A stretch of 64,000 bases of DNA from a virus. The notes beneath the pieces were generated by a model. It searched no databases, was not told where the DNA came from, and worked only from the letters and a program-made list of their open reading frames with translations. The stretch spans positions 2,291-66,290 of the IMG/VR virus record IMGVR_UViG_3300017735_000003; one strand, given 5' to 3'. Both the position numbers and the translations under genes were made by a program. Positions 54,649-64,000 of this stretch are shown piece after piece (position 1 is the first letter of the stretch; each line of letters begins with the position of its first letter).

Positions 54649-57600
54649 ATGCCCCAGAGTACTAATCTAAACAAAGCTCCATACTTTGATGATTTTGATC
54701 CGAATAGTAACTTTCATAGAGTTCTTTTCAGACCTGGATACTCAATTCAATCTAGGGAGTTAACAACTCTACAATCTATTCTACAAAATCAAGTCGAAAG
54801 TCTCGCTAAAGCAAACTTTAGGCAGGGATCTGTTGTTGTTCCTGGGGAAGTTATTGTAGATAAACAGTATAGTTATGTAAAGGTAAGTTCCTTTACAAAT
54901 AACTTACAAATTACCGATTATATCGGTAAGAAAATGACGGGTAATATTTCTGGTGTAGTTGCTACGGTATTAAATGCCACAGCTTCCACAACAACAGATT
55001 CTCCTACTTTGTTTGTTAAGTATGAAACTGGTGGTAATAGTAATACTGCAGTTACATTTAGTGAAGGTGAGACCATCACTTCTAATTCACCAGGAGCTCC
55101 TACAGCAATTGTTGGTATTACTGGAAATGTGAAACCTACTCAAAGTGCTGCCATGGGGTATGGCTCTGCTGTTTCAGTTAGAGAAGGTATCTATTTTATC
55201 AATGGATCTTTGGTAAAAAATGAGAATGCTACTATACTTTTAGACAAGTATGGCAATACTCCTACTTATAAAGTAGGTTTCATTGTATCAGAGCAACTTA
55301 TTACTCCAGAAGAGGACTTCTCTCTGCTTGATAACGCTCAAGGTTATTCTAACTATGCTGCTCCTGGCGCTCACAGACTTAAGTTATCTGTAACGTTAGT
55401 AACAAGACCTATTAACTTAGAAGCACAAAAAGATTTTGTAGAGTTACTTCAAGTAAGAAATGGAAATGTCGATGCTACTGTAGATCTTGTTTCTCCTAAT
55501 GCTCTTATTGAAGATATTCTTGCTAGAAGAACATTTGACGAATCCGGTGATTATGTCGTCAAAGAGTTTCTATTAAACTTTAAAGAAAGTTTAGCAACTG
55601 CAGATAATAATGGTGTATACTCTGCAACTCAAGGTGGATCAGAAGATAAATTTGTAGCAGTCATTGAACCTGGAAAGGCATATGTAAAGGGGTATGAAAT
55701 TGAAACTACATCAGTAAGATATGTTGAAATTGATAAAGCAAGAACAACTGAAACACAAGAAAATAATTCACTGAGCCCCGGCGAAGGATCTAATTTTACT
55801 GTAAATAATCTTTTATCATTCCCTGATGTTGAAAGTAAGTCTTCGTCATTGACTGGTACTGGATTACTTAGTACCAATGCATATCAGGAACTTAAATTAT
55901 ATGATAAGTATACTGACGTTGTATTTGGAGAAACAACTGCTAATCTTGACGGCACTGCACCAGAAGCAGAAAATTTCTGGATGGTTACAATCGAGACGTT
56001 ATCTTCTGCAGATGTAGTTGCATTAAATAGCAACTGGAGTAATGGTGCTCTTTCCGGTCAAGTTAGATACTACCAATTAAATGCTTCTTTAACTGAAGCA
56101 GTTGCTATTCTTACGAAACCATCATCAGTTGGATTTAGTATCGGTGAAAATATCACCATGGGGGCTGTTTCAGGAACATTGAAAACAGCAGAAAGACTTA
56201 CGACACCTTATATTGGTATTGGTAAAACTAAATCAGTTAAATTTCTTACTGGAACTTCGCAAAATGGAGTTTATGATAGATCATCACTTTACAAACTTGG
56301 TTTATTTGGTGTAGAATATTTTACTAAAATTTTATGCCAAAATCCACTAAATTTCTCGGTAGGTAAATTTATTACCGGTCAGACAAGTGGTGCTAGAGGT
56401 ATTGTAGAGCAATTACTTACTGATACAAATGAACTAATTTTATCTAGAGTTTCTGGCACTTTCGCTAATGCAGAGACTTTACTTTCAGAACAAGATGGAA
56501 CTACAACCCCATATAATTTCGTAGAACCAAGAGGTTCTTTAGCGTCATTTAAAGTAGTATCTTTTGGTGCTACATATGCGGCAAATACAGATATCACTGC
56601 AATTAATATCAATGGTGTAAATAGACTTACTGAAATTGGTTCTTCAAATATCACTATTTTAAATAATGAAATTAGATCTATTGTGATCACAGATTCTGCA
56701 AGAGCAGCAATAGGAGTATTCACAACTACTCCTACTATAGAAATTGTTGACCCAACTGGAAGTGGATGTGTTGTTTCTGCAGATTTGAATGATAGCACCA
56801 TCGTAAATTATGATTCATCTTTTGTAAAAAGTTTCTTTAACGCTACGACAGGAAATAATTTTGCTGGAGATATTTACAGCAATGATCTTTCATATTATAT
56901 TGATAATGGAGCTACATTTAGTGGCACTGAAGGAAACTATTTTATTACTGCAGACAATCTTGGTTCCAGACCAGATGTAGATCTAGTAAAAGGAGATGTT
57001 ATTGCTGTTGTTGATAATGCTGGTGTTACCAGAAAATATCTAGTAAAATATTCAGTACCTGATGGTGCTGGAGGTTCTGCTAAAATCTTTATCTATGGTG
57101 CTGTTCTTTCAGCATTCTCAACTAAGAAAATTTCTAGAATTCGTTCAAAACTTTCTGGTGCTGAATCCAATACTTTATTATATCCACTACCAAATAAGCA
57201 TGTAAAAACAATGGTGTTGGATCCCGATAACACCAACATTGATTATACCGTACAGCAACAATTCTTAGGAAATCTCGATAGTAGTGGTTCTATCAGTATC
57301 AGTGTAGGAACGAACGAACAGTTCCTTGGATACACATCAGAAAATTATATAATGTCGAACCCAAATACGGGTGAATTACTTGATCTCGGTAATAGTGATC
57401 CCAATAGTCCTAAAGTATCTTTGGGTAATAGTGCTCAAAGTATCACACTTGATCTTGGTGCTACATTTGCTGACATTCCGTTTAAGTTAATTGCTCCTGT
57501 AAGAAAGGCAGATACTTCTCCCAAGACTAAAATTCTCGTAGAAAATCAAGAATACAATGTATCTACAGGATTTTCAGATCCATCAATTCCAATTCAGTAT

Positions 57601-60600
57601 GCTGATGGATTGAAATTAAAAGCAGTTTATATGTCTGCTACTGCTGCAGATGCTACCAACAATGACGTTGAGGTTACTGATCGTTTTGATTTTGACGGCG
57701 GTCAAAGAGACACACACTACGATCTTGCTCGTATTACATTAAAACCAGGAGCAATTGCACCTACTAGTAAACTTCTTGTAGTATTTGATTACTTTAAGCA
57801 TATTGGTGGTGTTAACACTGGTGATTATTTTACAGTAGACTCATATACTAATATTACTTACAGTGATATCCCATATTATAATTCAAGTGTTTATGGAAAG
57901 ATTTCACTTAGAGATACAGTTGACTTTAGACCTAGAGTTTCTGACTATGATGGTCTAGACACAGCTACAGTTCTTCCTGGATATAGTGATAAAGTAACTG
58001 TAAATGCTCTTAAATTTACTGGAACAGGATCTTCACCATCCACACTTCCTATTGCAGGAACATCTTTTGATTCTGGATATGAATTCTATCTGAATAGAAT
58101 TGATGCTGTTTACATTAGTAAGAGTGGTGGTTTTGTTGTTTCAAAAGGAACTCCGGCATTAAACCCACAGACACCCCAAGAAATTTCTGATGGTATTCTT
58201 TTATACCACTTAAACATCCCTGCATATACCTACAGTCTTTCTGACATCACTTCCAAGAGTTTCGATAACCGTCGTTACACGATGCGTGATATCGGTAAAC
58301 TGGAGAAGAGAGTTGAGAAACTTGAATACTATACAGTATTAAGTCTCCTGGAGCAGGATACATTTAATACCCAAGTCAGAGACGAGTTTGGTAATGACAG
58401 GTTCAAGAATGGTATTCTTGTAGATAACTTTGAAGGTCATGGAATTGGTAACACAGCATCAACAGATTATAGATGTGCTATTGACACTCAACTAGGAATT
58501 TTAAGACCTAGTTATGCTGCTTCTCAATCAAGTCTTATCGAAAAAGATTTAAATGACGCTCAAAGAGCTGTTAGTGGATATGTAAGAAAAGGTGAGCTTA
58601 TCATGCTACCTTATACTGAGATAACAACAGTAGAAAATTTAGCTGCTACTAAAACCATTACAGTCAACCCAAATAAATCAGCAAAGTTTACTGGGTTGAT
58701 GACATTAGAACCTAATATCGATGAGTGGAAAGATACTTATAGAGCACCTGAGTTAATTGTAAATGAGAATTCAGTTTTTGATAATATCAAAAATAACAAT
58801 CCTGAATTATGGGGAAGTCTTTGGAATGAATGGCAGATCTCATGGACTGGAACTCCAACGTATGCTCTGAATAACTCTACTAACTTTACTGGTTCTTCCA
58901 ATCAATTTGCTGCTGTACCTGATGTTGCTATTGCAAGTAAGACTAGAACGAGATCCAGAAATGGTACATTAAATAGAGTTTCACCTTATGGATCTGCTGC
59001 ATTAGACAGAGGTCAAAGATCTTTAGCAACTCCTTATAATCCTTATATCAGAACTAAGAAAGTTCAATTTGTTGTCAATGGTTTAGAACCAAATACTAAG
59101 TTGTATGCTTTCTTTGATGGCATCTCAGTTTCCTCATGGGTAAATCCAGATGATGTAACTAATATCACAACACCATTTACTGGTATTGCTGGATATGCTG
59201 AAAAAGGTTTTGGTGAAGATATTGTTACTGATGATAATGGAAGCATCAGTGGTATTTTCTTAATTCCTAGTGGATATGCTCCAATCAAAAGTAAGAAGAC
59301 AATTGATTTACAAACTTCTCCTGGAACATTTTATGATACCACAAGTTCCAAGAAATCATTCGTTGTTGGCAACAAATCATTTAGATTAACATCGAGTGGT
59401 ACTAATAGTGGTTCTAATTCAGATGTTTCTACTTTTGCAGAAGCATCATATAATGTAACTGGATTACCAGAAACATTTACAACTTCTATCCAATCTACTA
59501 GAGTACCATATATCAGCAGAAGATCAACTTCAAATTCTGATACCGTTCAATATATTGGAAGTTCACTAGTTAATATCAATCAGTCTGGATTATTAGATCC
59601 TCTCGCTCAAACATTCCGAGTTTCTGGTTTCGAGGAAGGAGTATTCCTTTCTAGTATTGATCTTTACTTTGCTAATAAAGCAACTCCAACTGAAGAAGAT
59701 ACTAATAGACCTGTTAGTGTATACTTAACAGAAACTAATGGTGGTGTCCCTACAAGAACTGTTTTACCTTTTAGTGAATGCACTATGGATTCTGATACTA
59801 GACTCAGAATTAAAATGAGTGTTGATATTCCTTCTGGTATTACACTCCTTGCTGGAGAAACAATCACTGGAAAAACTTCCGGTGCTGTAGGAACAATTAA
59901 AACTAATCTAACTGTCACAACAGCAAACGCTAGATATAACTTAATTCTTTCAAACCATAATGGAATTGAATTCCTTGCCGGTGAAGAATTTACTGTCAAC
60001 AGATCTCCTGCAATCACATCTACGGTATTCAATGTAGATGATGATTCTGGTATTGTTGAAAAAATTAAAGTTACTAGCTTTGGTTCTCAATACGAGGATT
60101 CGACTACAACAGTTAATATCACTGGTGACATTGGTGGTTCATTTGGTTCTTCTGCTACTGCATCAGCTAAAATTTATAATGGTAAAGTATATGATGTCAA
60201 TCTATCAAACAAAGGATCCGGTTATTATACCGCACCAACAGTAATTATTTCTGGTGGTGATAATTTAGCATCCGCTACAGCGGTATTTAAAGTGACAAAT
60301 CCAGCTGTTAGAATGGGTATTTCTACTTCAACTGATGCTTCAAATAGAACTAAGTTTAATTTCAAATCACCTGTTTATTTACGGAATGATGCAACATATG
60401 CTGTAGTCGTAACTACATCATCTAAAGATTATACTTTATACAGTTCTGTAGTAGGAGATGCACTTTTAAATAGTGTTATTGCTGCTGCCGCTCAACCAAA
60501 TGTAGGGTCGCTGTATAAATCACAAAATTCTTCTTCATGGGTTGAAGATAAATTACAAGACCTTAAATTTGTTGCTAACAGATGTGTGTTTAATACTGCA

Positions 60601-62229
60601 GGAACAGCAAATATTGAATTAGTGAATGATGATTTAGATGTTATAGAACTTCCTGACAATGCTATTTCCGTTGATGATACTTTAGGAACCTCTGCACTAT
60701 TTGGTTCTAATCAAAAAATTCTTCGTGTCAATCAACCCAATCATGGTATGAAAGAAGGTGATCTTGTCATAATTGATAATGCTGTTGGTGCAGGTGCAGA
60801 AAATGGTATTTTTGGAGTTCCAGTAACATTAATCAATGGTTTGCATTCTGTAAGTAATGTTGGTATCGATGAGTATTGCATTTTTATCGACACTACTCTT
60901 TGGAATGCTGCTAATGTCTCTATGACTGGAAGTGGTTCTGGAGGTGGAAATGCAATGACAGCAACCACCAATAAGTTATATCAAATCGTTTCTCCTCAAG
61001 TTGCTCTTCTAAGTTTCCCATCATCAACAGTTTCTCAGAATATAAAAACTGTTTATGGCAAACCAGTTGACTCAAATACAACTAATGAATATAAAATTTC
61101 TCCTACCTACTTCATTACTTCTAATGATAATTATTACTTTGAAGAAAGTAGAATAATTGCCTCGGCAGTCAATGAAGTATACAGAGCTCAATCATCTTTA
61201 ATGAATGGGGAAAGATCTGTAACTCAAACTATTTCGCTTCAAACATCAAAAGATAATATATCACCTGTGCTTGATGCGAACAGATGTAATTTAATTACTG
61301 TTTCTTCCCGAATGGATAATCCAACTGGTAAAGAAGATAGATTTGGTACTGTCTCACAAACTTTGAGTGTAGATGTAAATTCAGACTATACAGTATCAAC
61401 TGTTAGCCCTGATGTAGTTTCTACAGGAGTGTTTACTTATTCTAGTCCTAGTGGTGGTGATTTTATTAATACTATTGATACTTCTACTAGATTAGTACAA
61501 TCAGGTTCTGGTGCATCAGGTCAAATTGTTGATGTTGATTTATCAAACAGTACACTAAAATTAATTGATATTACAGGAACTTTTGTTGCAGGTAATTCTG
61601 TTACTCAAGATGCGGTCACGGCAACATTAGATACTACCACGCTCAAATCTGGTATTGTTATTGGTTGGGATTCTGGAACTGGATCACTGAAAGTTAAAGT
61701 TACTACTGAAGATTTATTCACAGCTGGTGATATTATTGATGATAGTAACACAGGAACATCTCCAATAACGGATAGACTTATTAATTCAATCACAGGATCT
61801 AATGGTTTCTTATTCGTAGGTGAAGATTCGTTTAATAGTTCTTCATCTTCTAAGTATCTCACCAAAGAGGTAACATTAGAAACTCCAGGAACATCTCTTG
61901 ATTGTAAGATTACTGCAAATATGTTTGATAATAAAAATATCAAAGTCTTCTATAAAGTAAGACCTGATGGCAGTTCTGACGATTTCAAGAATATCTCATG
62001 GGAAGCCTTCAATGGCACAGGATACTCGGACAATACGGATATCGTAATTCCAAGTAATCTTAAATCTTTCTCTCAATCGGTAGAAGATTTAGGTTCATAT
62101 CTGGAATATGCTTATAGCGTAAATGATCTGAAACCATTCTCATCATTCGCAATTAAAATTGTGTTTGTCGGAAATGATCCATCACTTGCTCCAAGAATTG
62201 AAGACCTTCGTGCTATCGCTCACTCATAA
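54649..62229 (+). CDS. VrlC-like / DUF4815 virion structural protein
   Basis: 'PYFDDFD..HRVLFRPG..QSRELT.LQS.LQNQ', 'NRRYTMRDIGKLEKR', 'DPLAQTF'. Confidence 0.9.
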   Translation: MPQSTNLNKAPYFDDFDPNSNFHRVLFRPGYSIQSRELTTLQSILQNQVESLAKANFRQGSVVVPGEVIVDKQYSYVKVSSFTNNLQITDYIGKKMTGNISGVVATVLNATASTTTDSPTLFVKYETGGNSNTAVTFSEGETITSNSPGAPTAIVGITGNVKPTQSAAMGYGSAVSVREGIYFINGSLVKNENATILLDKYGNTPTYKVGFIVSEQLITPEEDFSLLDNAQGYSNYAAPGAHRLKLSVTLVTRPINLEAQKDFVELLQVRNGNVDATVDLVSPNALIEDILARRTFDESGDYVVKEFLLNFKESLATADNNGVYSATQGGSEDKFVAVIEPGKAYVKGYEIETTSVRYVEIDKARTTETQENNSLSPGEGSNFTVNNLLSFPDVESKSSSLTGTGLLSTNAYQELKLYDKYTDVVFGETTANLDGTAPEAENFWMVTIETLSSADVVALNSNWSNGALSGQVRYYQLNASLTEAVAILTKPSSVGFSIGENITMGAVSGTLKTAERLTTPYIGIGKTKSVKFLTGTSQNGVYDRSSLYKLGLFGVEYFTKILCQNPLNFSVGKFITGQTSGARGIVEQLLTDTNELILSRVSGTFANAETLLSEQDGTTTPYNFVEPRGSLASFKVVSFGATYAANTDITAININGVNRLTEIGSSNITILNNEIRSIVITDSARAAIGVFTTTPTIEIVDPTGSGCVVSADLNDSTIVNYDSSFVKSFFNATTGNNFAGDIYSNDLSYYIDNGATFSGTEGNYFITADNLGSRPDVDLVKGDVIAVVDNAGVTRKYLVKYSVPDGAGGSAKIFIYGAVLSAFSTKKISRIRSKLSGAESNTLLYPLPNKHVKTMVLDPDNTNIDYTVQQQFLGNLDSSGSISISVGTNEQFLGYTSENYIMSNPNTGELLDLGNSDPNSPKVSLGNSAQSITLDLGATFADIPFKLIAPVRKADTSPKTKILVENQEYNVSTGFSDPSIPIQYADGLKLKAVYMSATAADATNNDVEVTDRFDFDGGQRDTHYDLARITLKPGAIAPTSKLLVVFDYFKHIGGVNTGDYFTVDSYTNITYSDIPYYNSSVYGKISLRDTVDFRPRVSDYDGLDTATVLPGYSDKVTVNALKFTGTGSSPSTLPIAGTSFDSGYEFYLNRIDAVYISKSGGFVVSKGTPALNPQTPQEISDGILLYHLNIPAYTYSLSDITSKSFDNRRYTMRDIGKLEKRVEKLEYYTVLSLLEQDTFNTQVRDEFGNDRFKNGILVDNFEGHGIGNTASTDYRCAIDTQLGILRPSYAASQSSLIEKDLNDAQRAVSGYVRKGELIMLPYTEITTVENLAATKTITVNPNKSAKFTGLMTLEPNIDEWKDTYRAPELIVNENSVFDNIKNNNPELWGSLWNEWQISWTGTPTYALNNSTNFTGSSNQFAAVPDVAIASKTRTRSRNGTLNRVSPYGSAALDRGQRSLATPYNPYIRTKKVQFVVNGLEPNTKLYAFFDGISVSSWVNPDDVTNITTPFTGIAGYAEKGFGEDIVTDDNGSISGIFLIPSGYAPIKSKKTIDLQTSPGTFYDTTSSKKSFVVGNKSFRLTSSGTNSGSNSDVSTFAEASYNVTGLPETFTTSIQSTRVPYISRRSTSNSDTVQYIGSSLVNINQSGLLDPLAQTFRVSGFEEGVFLSSIDLYFANKATPTEEDTNRPVSVYLTETNGGVPTRTVLPFSECTMDSDTRLRIKMSVDIPSGITLLAGETITGKTSGAVGTIKTNLTVTTANARYNLILSNHNGIEFLAGEEFTVNRSPAITSTVFNVDDDSGIVEKIKVTSFGSQYEDSTTTVNITGDIGGSFGSSATASAKIYNGKVYDVNLSNKGSGYYTAPTVIISGGDNLASATAVFKVTNPAVRMGISTSTDASNRTKFNFKSPVYLRNDATYAVVVTTSSKDYTLYSSVVGDALLNSVIAAAAQPNVGSLYKSQNSSSWVEDKLQDLKFVANRCVFNTAGTANIELVNDDLDVIELPDNAISVDDTLGTSALFGSNQKILRVNQPNHGMKEGDLVIIDNAVGAGAENGIFGVPVTLINGLHSVSNVGIDEYCIFIDTTLWNAANVSMTGSGSGGGNAMTATTNKLYQIVSPQVALLSFPSSTVSQNIKTVYGKPVDSNTTNEYKISPTYFITSNDNYYFEESRIIASAVNEVYRAQSSLMNGERSVTQTISLQTSKDNISPVLDANRCNLITVSSRMDNPTGKEDRFGTVSQTLSVDVNSDYTVSTVSPDVVSTGVFTYSSPSGGDFINTIDTSTRLVQSGSGASGQIVDVDLSNSTLKLIDITGTFVAGNSVTQDAVTATLDTTTLKSGIVIGWDSGTGSLKVKVTTEDLFTAGDIIDDSNTGTSPITDRLINSITGSNGFLFVGEDSFNSSSSSKYLTKEVTLETPGTSLDCKITANMFDNKNIKVFYKVRPDGSSDDFKNISWEAFNGTGYSDNTDIVIPSNLKSFSQSVEDLGSYLEYAYSVNDLKPFSSFAIKIVFVGNDPSLAPRIEDLRAIAHS

Positions 62230-62432
62230 TGAATAAGATCAAAGTAGAAGGTCACAGCAACTTATATCGTGATGCACAAAGTGGTGCTGTGATCAATTCC
62301 AATCGTTCGGAATATGAAAAATATATGATAGCCAAACAAAATAGAACTGGCATGAGAAACGAGATAAATACTTTGAAGCAAGAACTTGATGAAATCAAGC
62401 AGTTACTAAAGAAACTTACAAATGGCAATTAG
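62229..62432 (+). CDS. Small conserved protein downstream of VrlC
   Basis: 'KVEGHSNLYRD..SGAVIN' plus a coiled coil. Confidence 0.8.
   Translation: MNKIKVEGHSNLYRDAQSGAVINSNRSEYEKYMIAKQNRTGMRNEINTLKQELDEIKQLLKKLTNGN
62363..62370 (+). promoter_or_regulatory. Late-promoter variant
   Basis: GATAAATA about 50 nt upstream of the next ATG. Confidence 0.6.
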
Positions 62433-64000
62433 AGAAGTATTAGTTAGTTTTACATTCGAGCAACAGCGTCAGATGCTCAATCTGATCGGCGCTGATGTGG
62501 GAGATGCAAGTTTATTACTAACACCGACAAATGTTGTAGTTACTGCAATCAATGAGATCATCACTGGTGATGTTGATTTATCAAACCAAACTATTGGGAT
62601 GGATGATGGCACCCTATCATCACCAAGTTTATTCTGGGATGCAGGTCAAGGATTTTATAAAGTAGATGCTAATAAATTAGGATTAACTACCAGTCTTGCC
62701 GTTACTGGTAACTTAGAAGTAGATGGAGATATTACATTTAGAGCTGGTTCTGGAACTGGAGGAACATTAACATTCGGTGATCTTGATACTGATAATATTG
62801 TAATTAACGCAGATGTTCAATCAAGTATCGTTCCTGATAGCACAGCGAATTATAATTTAGGTAGTCTTAACAAGCAATGGAATAACTTATGGATTGATGG
62901 AACTGCTTCTATTGATACACTAGAAGTAGATTTGAATACTACACTTACTGGACAACTTGCAGTAAACTCAGGTATTCTTAAGGTTGATCCTAGTACTGCA
63001 ACAACAGCAACTATTTTCAATAATTATATCACCACTGCACAAGTCCTTATGGACGCAACTGATATTACAATAGGTGCTGATGTTGCTGGCAGTCTTTCTA
63101 TCAGAAATGATAATATTGTAACATCGAGAACTTCCATCAATGTTTTTAATACAATAGCAACAACAGTCAATGCTTTTGGTGCTGCCTCTAATGTGGTTAC
63201 TGGTCTTAGTACTTTTGGAACAACTGGAGTAAACAGTAACTTTAATATTAGATCTGATGATACGGTTTTAGATGGTGACTTAAACGTCAATGGTGGTGAA
63301 ATTCTTTCACAAGAAAATACTTTTGATCTTTTAATTGCTAATAATGATGTAAGAATTGGAGCTGCTAATGGTGTTGGCGAAACAGTAATTAATAATTCAC
63401 TGAAGGTTACTGAGAATGTAAATCTTGCAAACTCAGGAACAAACATTACTATTAAAGATAATACAGCAAACGCTCTTGCTATTAAGGAAGGATCTAATAC
63501 TTACATTACCTTTCAGACGACTGATGCATCTGAAAGAGTTATTGTTTATAAAGATCTTTATGTTGTAGGTAACCTTGATATCTCTGGTGCATCAACAGTC
63601 ATTGATACAACTACTTTAACAGTAGAAGATAAGAATATTGAACTTGGAACTAGCGGATCACCTTCCGATGCCACAGCCGATGGTGGTGGAATTACATTGA
63701 AGGGAACTACTGATAAGACGATTGCTTATAGTAATACCACTGGAGTTTGGGAAAGTAATATTGGTTTTGGAGTAAAAGGATCTGACACTCCAACTGGTTT
63801 GTACAGTGCTATCAGCAAATATGGTTCACTGCTGATAGGCACCTCTTCACAGATAGTTACTGATGCAAAATTGTCTATTGATGCAGGCAATGGCAACCTC
63901 AATTCTATCGGAACTGCCACGTTTGCTAACACTGTAAGAGTAGATCACTCAAATAACGTAGGTAGTGACCAACTTCTTCGTCTCGGCAATGTCAACAATA
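62422..64000 (+). CDS. Tail fibre / fibritin-like structural protein, 3'-truncated
   Basis: ATG 62422 'MAIREVLVSFTFEQQRQMLN'; frame appears open to the window end; 'TLTVEDKNIELG..ADGGGITLKG' fibre motif. Confidence 0.8.
   Translation, partial: MAIREVLVSFTFEQQRQMLNLIGADVGDASLLLTPTNVVVTAINEIITGDVDLSNQTIGMDDGTLSSPSLFWDAGQGFYKVDANKLGLTTSLAVTGNLEVDGDITFRAGSGTGGTLTFGDLDTDNIVINADVQSSIVPDSTANYNLGSLNKQWNNLWIDGTASIDTLEVDLNTTLTGQLAVNSGILKVDPSTATTATIFNNYITTAQVLMDATDITIGADVAGSLSIRNDNIVTSRTSINVFNTIATTVNAFGAASNVVTGLSTFGTTGVNSNFNIRSDDTVLDGDLNVNGGEILSQENTFDLLIANNDVRIGAANGVGETVINNSLKVTENVNLANSGTNITIKDNTANALAIKEGSNTYITFQTTDASERVIVYKDLYVVGNLDISGASTVIDTTTLTVEDKNIELGTSGSPSDATADGGGITLKGTTDKTIAYSNTTGVWESNIGFGVKGSDTPTGLYSAISKYGSLLIGTSSQIVTDAKLSIDAGNGNLNSIGTATFANTVRVDHSNNVGSDQLLRLGNVNN

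Overview
This is a 64 kb segment of a T4-like cyanomyovirus (Kyanoviridae-type marine cyanophage), coded almost entirely on the + strand. 1-12.2 kb: baseplate hub/spike genes (gp27-like, gp5-like in two ORFs), speD and a large tail fibre. 12.4-30.6 kb: an accessory/early region with the peptidase-vWA + MoxR (CobS-like) pair, an outer-membrane-protein gene, CP12, five 2OG-Fe(II) oxygenases, a putative endonuclease + adenine methylase cassette, many small ORFs behind a 10-copy promoter motif, tRNAs and a non-coding DnaA-box cluster. 30.7-64 kb: a minus-strand flavin-dependent halogenase, glutaredoxin, PAAR, a Gly-rich/Ig protein, gp25, gp6, a 3742-aa gp7, gp8, VrlC/DUF4815 and a truncated fibre gene. 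The most striking observation is three nested phycobiliprotein-like (globin-fold) modules inside gp7. They keep cysteines at positions matching both the Cys84 (KCxRD) and beta-Cys155 bilin attachment sites, which raises the hypothesis of a bilin-carrying, possibly light-responsive virion baseplate. All calls come from motif recognition by eye; no database searches were run.
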